DNA of 64,000 bases, from assembly GCA_010909165.1 (NCBI GenBank), contig MU008189.1, forward strand, positions 124,001 to 188,000. Reading direction: 5' to 3'. Every line of letters starts with the position of its first letter. The stretch's first letter is position 1. The notes under the pieces are model-generated. The model searched no databases, was not told the origin of the DNA, and worked only from the letters and a program-made list of their open reading frames with translations. The stretch comes from Anthoceros angustus. Its lineage: Eukaryota; Plantae; Anthocerotophyta. Shown in pieces: positions 1 through 11,704 of the stretch. Both the position numbers and the translations under genes were made by a program.

Positions 1-1291
1 CTACTTGGAGCAGCACTATCTGCTGAACGCGCAGCCTGTGAGACAATGTCAAGAGTTTCTGAACAGCGGAGCAATGAGATTCGGACAACCTCAAGCAGTG
101 TGGGTGTGGTTAAGGTGAGTGGTAGGGCGAACATTGAGGGAACCCTAAGGCCTTCTGTATCAGGGGCTTGTCCAGAAGATGCTTTACTTGAGAAGGAGGC
201 CAGCGCGGTGGCCGTTAGAAAGATTGATCGGTGCCCCAAGAGGGTAACCAGGGTGCTACTTATCATTGGGTGCCTGCTTGTCGGCTACCTACATCTGCGA
301 GTAAGGGGGTACTTCCACATCTCCTTTGTCAGATGCAAACATTGGATACTTCTAACCCTTTTGTTCTTGTGTGCAGTGGTGTGCTCGAATGGTATCATCA
401 TATGGGCCTTTGGCAGCTCTTGTTTCCCCTGGCATGGCGTGGTCTGTCCCAGTGTTGTTGATAATAGCAGTTTGTGAGACATCAGCCTTGAGGATTTAGG
501 TGTCAGTGGTGGTATTCAGAGGACCACCAGGCTTTCCTTGCAGCTCGCCTTGAGCTGCAGGGGAGGGTGGAACTGAATGTTGAAGGATAAGGCCTCTTTC
601 CCACGAGGTAGTACCTACCTCAATCTCTGGGTATGGTTTTCCCGTAAGCTGGTGATCATCTCACTTCCATTTCGTGTCTTTTGATATGCTTGCAGACACA
701 CACAGGGCGCTGGGGACAAGAGTCAAGCTCCAAGGATATGTACTTAGTGGTTGTCATGCTCCTTAAGGTAGCCAGGGCATGGTGAACAACGAATTCGATT
801 TGCACACTTGAATCTAGACTGCTGGAAGAATTATAGAGTTGAGCAAGCGGATACATGCGCATATGAAGCCCGCAAGTTGGGGTTTTGGATATTATTGTAG
901 GTGTCAGGATGAACGAAGGAAGATTCAGTTGGAAGATTGGTTTCCTAAGCAGTGTCTGCTCAGATTTCTTACTCCTGAAAAGGTTCATACACGGCTACTC
1001 CCTCTCTATGTTGAGAATAAGGGCTGATACGCATGGGCCAACGGCCAAACTATTGACAATTTCTCGAAACGAGAGAACGTTGTGCGGGGCATTTTATGTT
1101 GCTTTAAAAGGTATTGTGTTAGCTTTCACGCAACTTTATGCAAGAATCAGCTTTGATGTAAGCATCACTGTGCGCTATGCAAACCACATGCACGAGGAAA
1201 GTAGGTCAGCTGCTGCTTCTCCAAGACAGAGAATACCCCATTAAACTATGTTACTGCTGCTTGTCCAAGACATAGAATAACCCATTAAACT

Positions 1292-1969
1292 ATGTCAAAG
1301 TCTGTTCCAACCTTCTCAACTTGGATCAAGATGGCCAAGGCTGTTATCTTATTTGCGATGTGGATGTTGGTGGGCTTGCAAGCAGCAATTGCACAAGAGA
1401 GTTCCTCCTGTTACGACGGCACTTCTCGGCTCAGGTTCACGAAATTTTGGATTGCTAGGGAAGGATTATCCGATGTGACGTATGACGGCAGACCCATTAA
1501 CCTCGTAGGCCCGAAAACTAAATTGATTATTGATGCTAACGGGTTAGCGATTGCGAGTGTGGACGTGAACACCTATGAAAAGTGTGTAGAGGAAGGCACA
1601 TGTATGTTGTCGAATGGGAAGCTCATTGCATACGATTCATATCGTGAATTCTTTTTCGTTGTGGATCAAACGAAGTATCCCTATGGAATTGGGTCCACCA
1701 ACAATCCGTTGCACCCTTTTGTGAGCGTAGCCATTGGCGACCTACCCTTCGGAACAAAGCTATCAATTCCAGCGTTGAAGAACGTGAAGCTCCCAAACGG
1801 AGAAGCACATAATGGGTGCGTCCAGGTAGAGGATAGTGGTGGGCACGGTCCTTGTTACATCGATTTCTTTGTGGTCTCGTACTCAAACTACGTGGCATTA
1901 GATTCGAACTTACCGGAATACACTACAGCTGAAATAGACCCGAATTGTGTGATTCTCAATTACGTTTAA
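1292..1969 (+). CDS. Intronless secreted protein with a 3D (MltA-like, double-psi beta-barrel) domain
   Basis: 225-aa ORF with a hydrophobic signal peptide (AVILFAMWMLVGLQAAIAQ). C-terminal PFVSVAIGDLPFGT...HNGCVQVEDSGG...IDFFV matches the 3D-domain pattern VAxD..P.GT...DxG...ID.F. The FTKFWIAREG and YEKCVEEGTC segments recall fungal and bacterial 3D proteins (from memory). Confidence 0.7.
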   Translation: MSKSVPTFSTWIKMAKAVILFAMWMLVGLQAAIAQESSSCYDGTSRLRFTKFWIAREGLSDVTYDGRPINLVGPKTKLIIDANGLAIASVDVNTYEKCVEEGTCMLSNGKLIAYDSYREFFFVVDQTKYPYGIGSTNNPLHPFVSVAIGDLPFGTKLSIPALKNVKLPNGEAHNGCVQVEDSGGHGPCYIDFFVVSYSNYVALDSNLPEYTTAEIDPNCVILNYV

Positions 1970-2814
1970 TCAAACAATTCTATTCCTCTTAGTTTTTGCG
2001 GACAGCTCCTTGTATCAGCTAAAATTATTGATGAATCACGTCCTCTTTATGAATAAATTTTTTATTTGATTTTATCAAATTTTTATTAATTTATTAGGTG
2101 TATACTGTATATTTTATCAATTTTTATTCCTCTTGATTAAAATATTTGAATATTTTATTGAATAGTAATCATCATATAAATCAAGTAAAGAAATGGAGAG
2201 ACTTTATGCAGAAAGAAAACAGATGGAAAAAATACCATCTACACCAAAAAAAAAACAAAAAGGGGTCCACCCAACAAAGGGCACAGGGTCAAGTTAAAGT
2301 GGGTCTTAAGTTTTCACAAAAATTAGTTCCCGCATTGGTTTCTTGATAGTATTACCTCCACAGAAATAGATTTTAAATTAGTCTTTAGGAAATATCTTAT
2401 GAACTTAAGACTCTTGTCAAAATCATATCAAATGGCATGTTTTGGTCTATAATTATTTGAGAACCACATAGGATCATGCACTAATTCTTCCGTACAAAAA
2501 AGAACAAATCTTTTCAGCGTGCTCGTTTGGACTTGTGGAAATGGATGGCATAATATGAATTAAATAATTATTGTGGATATTGTAGCATGAATGTAATGAA
2601 TGCAATATTGAATGCAATGATATATATTAAAACCTATGTGGTGAAAGATGTTGGGCAGGAAAAACACAACACATTCCTAAACACCAAAAATGTGCTAATG
2701 TAATGGAATGATACAAAACTGATGTTTGATTATTAATTATGTAATAAAATATTGATACTCTAACTAGTAAACAAAAGGTATAGGTTGGACGTTTATTATA
2801 AACTAATTGGAGAG

Positions 2815-2925
2815 GCTATATGTAGAAAGAAAAGAGATGAAAAAAACACCATGTACGCCGAAAATAAAGAGACAACCAAACAAAGGGCACCAGGCCAAGG
2901 GGACTAACTCCCGCCATAGTAGGAG
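2815..2925 (-). mobile_element. 3'-UTR-only remnant of the CRE-like retrotransposon family
   Basis: Minus strand ccccttggcctggtgccctttgtttggttgtc...ttttcatctc resembles the 3' UTRs at about 8560-8670 (+) and 62945-63070 (-). Confidence 0.45.
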
Positions 2926-3070
2926 ATATTCTTCATTAGTGGATACATGTATTGTTGACTCCCGCAATCGCAGGAGACATTCTTCATTAGTTGATACATG
3001 TATTGTTATTCTCCCCCATATCAACAATATAAACAATACCTGTATCAACACATTTTTCATTAGTTGATAC
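2910..3070. repeat. Short tandem duplication, about 51-bp unit, 2 copies plus a partial third
   Basis: aggaga(t/c)attcttcattagt(g/t)gatacatgtattgtt occurs twice, and ttcattagttgataca occurs again near 3056. Confidence 0.8.
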
Positions 3071-4532
3071 AAGTATAAATTGGAAGTTCTTGTTAATAGA
3101 ACTTGGTACTTGAGATATCATATATTACTTTCGTATCTTTAAGATATAACTTCTGAATATGAAGTTGGTGATGAGAATTTAAAATTAAGGTAATACTTGG
3201 AAATTGAGACTTGAGATCAAGAGTTTGCAATTGATTTTTAGAATATATAATTGATAATTGGAAGTTGTAGTTGAAAGTTTCATTTTCTTACTTCGGATTG
3301 AAAGTTGGCATTAATCCATGAAAGTTGATTGTTTACACTTGGGAGTTGGTTAATGTAGTTGGCAATGAGTGCTCATAGTTTGGATTTGATGTTTTGAGTT
3401 GAGAGTAAGTATTCAAAGTTGGGCATTGATGTTTACAATTGACAAATAGTACTCGTAAGCGGAGGGTGGTGTATGTATTTGAAAATTTCTCGGTCGACTA
3501 ATGAGATAATGGTTGGGAGTTGCAAAGGACACAAGTGTACTTGGAAGTTGAGAATGTGCTTCGAGATTCGAGAATTCACACTTGAGAGTTGGGAGTTTGC
3601 GCTTAGGAGTAACAATTATACAGTTTGTTGTTGGGAGTTGTAGTTGCAGGTTGAATGTTTATATTTAGTACTAGGGATTTTGCATTGGTATTTGGATGCT
3701 CAAAGTTGGAAGTTAGATGTTCAAATTCAAAGTTGGAAGCTAGATGTTGGAAGTTGGTGTTCATAGTTCACAGTTGGGAGTAGGAAAGTTAAAAGCAGGA
3801 GGTTCACGATTCTTAAATTGTGATTTTTAAACTTAACTTCAACTTAAATTGTGATTTTTAAATTCATTGGAAAAATATTTTAAGTAAAGAGTAACCTCTT
3901 CGAGGAGATTGAGAATTGGGGATAGTACAATGAAGTTCCTAATGTGTTTGCAAATGTTGGGAAGTTTGTTTCTTCAATATCAATGAATTTCAAGGATATT
4001 CATTCATAACTTTGACACTTTGTGGAACTAACCAACGATAACAAAATATTCCAAACTATCTTATATATTTCTGAATTATATATAGTTGGATACCAATGAT
4101 AACCTAATTTTCAGAATATAACTTATTTTTGGGAAATATATTCCTTATGTTCACGGCACTACCTTATGTGAAAACCATAGTCAATAATGATGAAAGTTTC
4201 ATTATTTTCGTATGAAAGCTACCATAGTTTAACTCAAAAGTGTTATTTATGAAATAAATTATGTGAAAAAATGACTAACGATGTATAGTTTTATAGCTTT
4301 ATCTGAATGGGGAGCGGCGCGGGAGCGAGCGGTGCAGGAGCGGGCGGTGTGGGAGAGGGAGCGGGTGGCGCGGGCGGGCGGTGGGACCGGAGCGATGGGC
4401 GGTCCGGATCGCAGACGCCGACGCCGGGACCGACGCGTGGAGGTGACCGGCGGTGCGGGAGGTGACCAGCGCTGGAGGTGACCGGCACGCGGAGCAAAGG
4501 CGGCGGAGCGACGGCAGGATCGAGCAGAGCGG

Positions 4533-5012
4533 TGCGGGCGCGCGGTGTGCCGCAGTGGCATGGGAGCGGCGTCAGGCGCATGATCGGGACCGGAGCGGGC
4601 TCGGACACGGCGCTGGAGGTGGCGCGGCGGCGCAGGAGCGCGTCAGGCGCCGGAGTGGGTGCGAGTGGGCGCGGTGCGGTGCGGTACGGCCGGGGCGTGG
4701 TACGGCGGGCGGGCACGGCGGGCGTGGTTTGTGGTGTGCAACGAGCATGGCGTGCTAGGGGACGAGGTGCGAGGCGGGCGGGCGCGGTGTGCCGCAGTGG
4801 CATGGGAGCGGCGTCAGGCGCATGATCGGGACCGGAGCGGGCTGACACGGCGGCGCTGGAGGTGGCGTGCGCAGGAGCAGCCGGGGCGCCGGAGTGGGTG
4901 CGAGTGGGCGCGGTGCGGTGCGGTGCGGCCGGGGCGTGGTACGGAAGGGCGGGCACGGCAGTGCGTGGTTTGTGGTGTGCAACGAGCATGGCGTTAGGGG
5001 ACGAGGTGCGAG
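4533..5012. repeat. Very GC-rich tandem duplication, about 241-bp unit x2, inside a GC block spanning 4309-5280
   Basis: cgcggtgtgccgcagtggcatgggagcggcgtcaggcgcatgatcgggaccggagcgggct at 4541 and 4783; caacgagcatggcgt at 4739 and 4980. Confidence 0.9.
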
Positions 5013-5559
5013 GTGGGTCAAGCGCTTGGGGCGGGAGGCGGGCTCGGGGCAGTCCCGGCCGCTGGCCGGGTCATCCCCGGGACGGCGGGCTCGGCTTCTA
5101 CGAAGGTAGGATGTGCGGAGGTAGGGTGGGCAGGGTGGCCAGAGTCGGGCAGACGGTGCAGGGGCCCCGGTTGCCTACGACTCCAGAGGCGGGGCTCGGC
5201 TATGGGCTGCGGCCTTGCCGGGGTGCACGCCACTGGTGTGCCATCGGGGTTGCGTCCGGTGCGTGTTTTGCTGCGGTGGCGGTAGGAATTTATTTTTCCA
5301 TGATTTTATTGAGTTTCTTTTCGGTAGCTGGTGGATTTCCTACCCCTAGCTTTTGGTTGCGAGTTGCAGGTGCGGGTGCTAGTTTGGTGGGTCGGCAGTG
5401 GTTTTGTGGGTTGCAGTCCCTCTAGGCAATTCTCTTTGGCCGGCCTTTTGGGGTTCGCCATACGGAGCTCACACTCTGTATGTCTTGTAAAGGCTGGGGT
5501 CATTTTGTCCCCGGTCCGCGGTACCTCCTCGGCCCTATCACCCTCCGACTGGCGTTTGC

Positions 5560-8500
5560 AGGCTCTTGTAGTACCTTACCCAATGGGGCGGTCTAAACCT
5601 TCTGTGACTGTCAAGGACACTCCAAGTCCTGTCTGTGCTCAACTTTGCTGAGGTGTCAAGGGGGTGAAAACCCACATTGGGCACATGCATAAAGATTTCG
5701 ACCAGACTACTTGGGCTGCCCAAGTGCACATTGCGACCTCCTCCGTTCCAGTCACGAGCTCGGCGTCGATATCGTCCTCCAGGTGCCTCTCTCTTCACAG
5801 GAATGGTTGCGGTCGGTGGATCACATACTTGGGATGTTTGAAACCCGCATGCCCGCACATCTTCCGCAGGCTTCCCCACCACCTTCATGATGATGCCCGT
5901 TTGGCGTTCCGTCTTCCTTGATCGCCTTGCGCCAATCCCGTGACGAGTTAGCTTGGTGCCTTCTCCGCTTCTCCTTGGTGCCTTCTGTACTAGGGTGGGC
6001 TTGGGCATCGGAAGTTGCAGCCGCCTTTGACGCCGGACCGGGTGATCGGGCATCCTCCGTGAGGAGGCTTTGCGTGCCGCCAAGGCTCGGGCGCAATCCG
6101 CATGCCAGCTTGAATCGGTCCGTAATGCAACAAACCCGCTGCAAGTTGCTTGGCCGTGTGGATATGTCATACGCCAAGGCTCTTCGACCCCTCCTCCTAG
6201 CCCTCGCTTCTGAAGAGACCATTATTGCCCTCCGTGCCCTCCATCCAACACCCAAGGATGCCATCCCCCCGGACATATCCGACTATGTCCCGGAGGATCC
6301 GTTCTCCCTGGATCGGGCAGCTTTTGCTCTGGCACTCTCTACAACCCCACGTCATTCATCTTCCGGGTTGTCAGGAATAGTGTTTGAACACCTCAAGGAC
6401 CTTTTTCTCCCCGAAGATCCATCTAGTGGCTTCCGAGAGCTCTTTTCTCTGGCCGCTGCGGTGGCTCGGGGTGAGACGCCTCACCGGATTTCCCATGTTC
6501 TTGCAGCTAGCAGGCTTGTCGCTATGGACAAGCTCGCCCTGTGCTCCCAAGGTGGCCCACTTGGCGGGGGAAGCCTTCATGCGGCTACTCAACCGCACTA
6601 TTGCCCTTCAGTGCCGCTCCTTTCTCTAGCAGCACCTCAACCCCCTTCAATTTGGCATTGCCACTTCGGGGGGCTGTGAATATGTGCTGCTTTGAGTGAA
6701 GGCATGCCTCGATACCCACCCGGAGTGGGAGTCTTACAGGTTGATGTCGAGAACGCCTTCAATACCATCTCTAGGAGCGTCATCTTCGAGAAGCTTAGTG
6801 ATGCTGGCGGCGTCCTGGGGAGCCTTATACTTTTTGTCCGGTGCTTCTACGAGAGGTCCTCCAGCCTCTACTACCAGCACATACAAGAACTTCTCTTCAG
6901 GATTTGCTGTCTCTATCTTGGAATCGGCCATAGGTACCTGGCAAGGCGACCCCCTGGGCGGTGCTCTCTTCGCCATTGCTCACTATAGGGCTCTATCTAG
7001 GGCCGCCGCCTGATGTGTCTCCCTTCGCCATGCATTCTCACATCCTCGGGCCTGGGGACAAAGTCAAGGAGGCCTTTGAGCTCTTCTCTCATGAGCTTTC
7101 TTTGGTGGGCTTGAAGGTCAAGCTGTCCAAGTGCCGTGTCTCCGACGAGGATTCTACCTACTTTGCAGCTTCCTGCTGGGGAGATTGCTCCGGCTTTGGG
7201 ACTGTGGATTCTAGTGGTCCCTCTGCCTCGACTTCACCTGGAGCTTCTGACTAGCTGCAGAGACCTCTCCCATGTCGAGGACCTCCCTTTGCTGGAGGAT
7301 ACATAGAAGGCCTATGGTATTCTTTCCTCATGTTTTGCTAGGCGCCCCGGTTACCTCATCCGTACGCTGCCTCCGTCCCCGACCCTTTTGTCCCGGCTGC
7401 GGCGGTTTGATAGGAAGATTATGGATACTCTTGGAGACATCCTGGGCTCAGGGGGTTTTGAGTGCCCTGTGGGCGATCTAGCCCGCTGGCAAGCATCCCT
7501 ACCTGTGCAATTTGGAGGCACAGGTCTGCTCTCGCTGGAGGTCTCTTCCCGGCTTTCCTGGGTAGTTGGGCCCTCTCTGCCCCTGCTTTGGCTTCTCGCT
7601 TCATCCTCCATGACACGCCCTTTCTAGAGGATCTCGTATCTGGAGTGGAGGAGGGAACCTTCTCTTTCCAAACGCCCTGAGGCAAGCTAGGGACATGTTA
7701 TCAATGGATGCCTAAGGACTTCCTCCTTTCTCGACACGACATCGATGGTTTCGTGGGTGCATCCTTGCTCGAGAAGCCGCCAGCTTCACCGACCTCCAGA
7801 TCCCTCCATCCCAGTCCACAAGAGCGCAGCCCGTTTTGCTCGGAAGGGCGAGGTGCTTGGCCACCGCCCGCCCGCATGCATACGGGGTTTTCACATCGCA
7901 CCAACCACCTTCACTATCGCGATGCGATTCCATCTTGGCTCGCCCACCGTGGCTTCTTCGCCTTACTTGTGAGTGCGGCTCGCCTCGATGATTCTGGGCA
8001 CACCTTGCTCGGCCGTCCCACGGGTCATCGTGATTGCCACCACGATGCCATCCGTGATGTCATGTTCGCCATCGCTATAAAGCTACCACATGGCTCGGAG
8101 GAGCGCGATACTCCGTGCAGGTTGTTTAATCATGGTCAACCTGACTTTGTCCATGGCGACTGTGTTTCGTGGCGTGTATGTGATGGTTACCGATCCTACA
8201 CGAGACACCATCTCCGCCAGTCATCACTAACTGGCCCAGTTGCTATCACGGAGCAGGCTCAAGGTCCGCAAATATAGCGGGATGCAAGCGGGCCACCTCT
8301 TTATTCCGCTTGCACTAGAAACGATGGGGCAATGGTGAGGACTTTGACAAATTTGTCAAGTCTTGTGCCAAAGCTACCATGCGACAACCTGTGACGGTTG
8401 TCCCTCTCAGATTCATAGCATACTTTCAACAACCGATTTCAATTGCCCTTCAACGGGCGGTCTCAACGGCGATCATAGGTGACGCATCTTCCTCTACCTC

Positions 8501-8670
8501 CGTGGTTTGCAGGCCGTTTATTCTTCCTGCATATGACATTGTCGGTGCAGTAGGTGACTTTAGGTAGGGAGCTTAGTTGCTCCTTTCCACCTCGACCCCT
8601 GGTCCCCTTTGGTTGACCCCTTCTGGATGGACTTTTCCCATCGGTTTTTCATCTCGATAAAAACCTTCTT
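5560..8670 (+). mobile_element. Degenerate CRE-clade non-LTR retrotransposon (C2H2 zinc finger, reverse transcriptase, restriction-like endonuclease)
   Basis: Across frameshifts: PVC...GVKTHIGHMH zinc finger; SSSGLSG; GEAFMRLLNRTI; LQFG...GGCE; LQVDVENAFNTISR; GTWQGDPLGGALFA; GLKVKLSKC; QASLPVQFGGTGL; LDDSGH..L...HDAIRD; KY...FIPLALET; QQPISIALQRAVS. Many stops and frameshifts. Confidence 0.85.
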
Positions 8671-8789
8671 TCTGAATTATATCTCATCATGAACTTCCTT
8701 ATAAAATACTTCAATTATCATAAACTATGGAGTAAAATATATGAACTACTATGACAAAGCGTCGTACAAAAGGTATTCCATAGGGTCGC

Positions 8790-9002
8790 TCCTTGTCCTA
8801 GTCTCCCAAGAATGGTAATCCATACGGTTGTATCTTGTCCTAGTCTCCCAAGAATTCACCGACAAAGAAACTACACATTACGACACGACAGCCTCTCGAG
8901 CATAGAGTATTCGCGCACCAAAAAAAACAACGCCACAGTTCGGCTCGTCTCGGGCATAGGGTATCCGCGCACCAGAAAAAAACATGGCTATAGTTCGGCT
9001 CC
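8790..9002. repeat. Two adjacent short tandem dimers (about 42-bp and 57-bp periods)
   Basis: cttgtcctagtctcccaagaat x2; gcatag(a/g)gtat(t/c)cgcgcacca..aaaaaca...agttcggctc x2. Confidence 0.75.
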
Positions 9003-9261
9003 GACAGTTGGAAGCGAAGGAAGGGTTATTCCCTCCAGCAGGGCATAATCAAAAAAGACCATTTGAATCCTGTCCGTTTGTAAAGCTCAGCTTTTGCAGA
9101 TTTTGCCACAAGCAAGAAAACCCTCTAGAGGCTGTAACTCCATCAGCGTCTCCGTGTAAGGTCCGAGGTGGATCACAAAAGTGTCTGTATCGGTGTAGTA
9201 CCTAGGTGCCATACTCCAAAGAGTGTAACTATACAAACTGACTGGAACAATTGCAGAAGCT

Positions 9262-11571
9262 TCATACCCAAGGTAGTGATGCCTTCAAGTTCCTAGATAT
9301 CCTATCATGAATAGGCTCCTGTACAGCAAGGGGTAGGTTACGACCAAGACCTAGACAACAAGCAACAAGCTAAGACCATGTAACTTTTGATAAATCAATG
9401 CTTCAAACAACTATTACCTCGACGTTTGGAAGTTGTATCTCCCTTCCAGTGATGGTCTCAAACAAAAGAATGTACCTGCAGGATTGCTGTTTTCTTAGGA
9501 TGGGTCTAAACCGAATTAAGCCATGGATACAGCCCAGGAAGACACCACTTCTCACCGCCAGGCAAGTTCAGTAACAAGTTCCGGTGGAGCAGGTGGTAAA
9601 ATCTGACAAGGGATGGTGACACGTTAGAAGCTTCCTTTGATGGAGAGAAAATGTATACAGAAAGTTGAGTCGCTTCAATATGTAGTTGTGCAGAAACACA
9701 GCCTCACCTTGTCTTTGTAGGGATCACTGTTGTTCTTAAACCACAACCGAAGGAATTCCTGCCACCATTGCCTCAAACAATGTTTACAATGTGCAACCTA
9801 TGTTGCAAAAGAGAGAAAAGGAAAGAGGAGCCTGACAAGCACCAAGTACCTTATCAATGTTCTCAGGCTCCAACCCATTTCTGTGACGTTCCTCGTAGGA
9901 GGAGGCCATCCAATATCTACTAGAGTCAGGGGTGTGCACCTGAAAGTATCGAGACTCTCAGATAGCGTGCACTAATTCAACCCAGTGACCCGACAGACTA
10001 CATGAGGGATTCCAGAATACCTCATCTATGAGAAGAATAGACCCATCTGCGGCCTTCCCAAACTCGTACTTGGTATCAACTAGAAGCAGACCATGCTCCC
10101 TTGCCACTTTCTGATATTCGGACCATCAGTGCATCCAGTCATGATACAAGGCATACAACTGCACAAACCCACATTTTCATCGGGGACTATCAGCAGTTGC
10201 AAGAAAGACTTATTACCTGACCGTATGCAAAAAGAGCAAGAGCTTTGCTCGAGACTTCATCATACTCTGCCTGAGACATAAGCGCCTGGGCAACAATCTG
10301 CAACCAAACGAAGGACATCACGCTCAAATCTCTTTGTGCATCACGATCATCAAGAAAAAAGTTAGCAATTGAGAGCAAGTGTACCTCTTTCCCTGAAATG
10401 GGAGCATCGTGGTCTTCTGCCTTAGTTGTTGGAGTGAGAATGTTTGCATCAAGACGCTGATTCTTTACGAGACCTGACTCGAGCGACCAAGGCATTCAGG
10501 GAACTGAGATGATGATCTGAAGTTTCTCTTCTCCGGTTCTGAAGCAACATTACATCTACCCCACTACTTACCTTCTGGAAGAACGTTGCCACAATAATTG
10601 CGAACCCCGTTGTTGTAGACGGTCCACAAAGATGTGCTTGTGGTTCCAGTCACGTAACCTCTTACTGAAAACCCAATGATTCACCATCAGACGGGGAAAA
10701 TCCAGAACTAAAAAGGGACTTCCTACATCTACGGCCAGATGAAACACCAGGACCAGTGTGGTATGCTTGTACCTACAAACTCGACAGGAAACACCTTGCA
10801 CTTTCTGGCAATGGTCACATTCGGATCCGAAGAAGCAATGAAAGCGTTCTGCGTGATGTGCTTGGAATTGTTGAACCACCACACACTTGCCTCATTCAAC
10901 ACCTGATACCACACAAATATGCTTAGGGCTTAGGAGGGCTTTCGCCTCAAAGCAACAATGCAGGACTGTGTCCCAAAACCATTACCTGACCCTTGAATGG
11001 AACAGATGCCAGCACCCTGTCGAATGCACTCTGCCTGTCCGTGGTCACGATCACCAAAGAATCGCCTGCATCATATATGTCCCGCACCTGTCAAGCATGA
11101 ATCGCACTCAGGCTGGCACCACAACCGCTCTGCGCAGTCACAGCGTAGTCGGAAGGAAGAAAACACCTTGCCGCGGATCCTGGGTCCCAATCCCGGCACA
11201 GTCTCATCCAGGTGGGTCTCCGTGAGGCAATTCGAGAGGGCCTGCTGGATAGCACGAATTGTGTCGGGCCGCCGATTCTCCAAGCTCAACCTGTTCACAT
11301 TGCCTGTGGTCTGAGACGCCATACAAACAACATGCCCAGCTCGCCTCTGATGAGTCGGCCCCCCCAGCCTTGGATCCTCCCGCGTCCAAGAGCTCGCCAG
11401 CCGCTGCTGAGGACCCAACACAGCACAGTCGCAGAAGCCCAAGCCCAACCGGCTCGACAAGGCGCTGCTACGAGCATAGCACACCACACCTGATAAGCTT
11501 GCTGCTGATGAGTCGTAGTTGCCAGAGGATGCTGAAGAGATGCTCCTTGATGGCACCACCAAAGAAGCCAT
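9262..11571 (-). CDS. PUR7: SAICAR synthetase (phosphoribosylaminoimidazole-succinocarboxamide synthase), plastid-targeted, multi-exon
   Basis: Exons encode [94 protein letters not shown] and [11 protein letters not shown]. The N-terminus is a Ser-rich transit peptide. Confidence 0.93.
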
Positions 11572-11704
11572 GTCTACGCACCCAACAAGAGGCCCTATCC
11601 TGGGAGGAGATGGCTTCTCCCTGTTTAAACTCTTGCAGCAAAATTCAAAGCACACACTGCAGATGCATGTTGATAGCTAGTGTACTATCATTTTGTGGGC
11701 GGCA

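Noticed and set aside
1-1000. Short ORFs at the window start, including a CVCKHI (SWIM-like) word on the minus strand
   Set aside because: No coherent domain could be assembled. It may be a decayed transposon or the end of an upstream gene, but this is unsupported.
4259-5425. Many overlapping Arg/Ala/Gly/Pro-rich ORFs on both strands
   Set aside because: By-product of very high GC content and the 241-bp duplication; no protein motifs.
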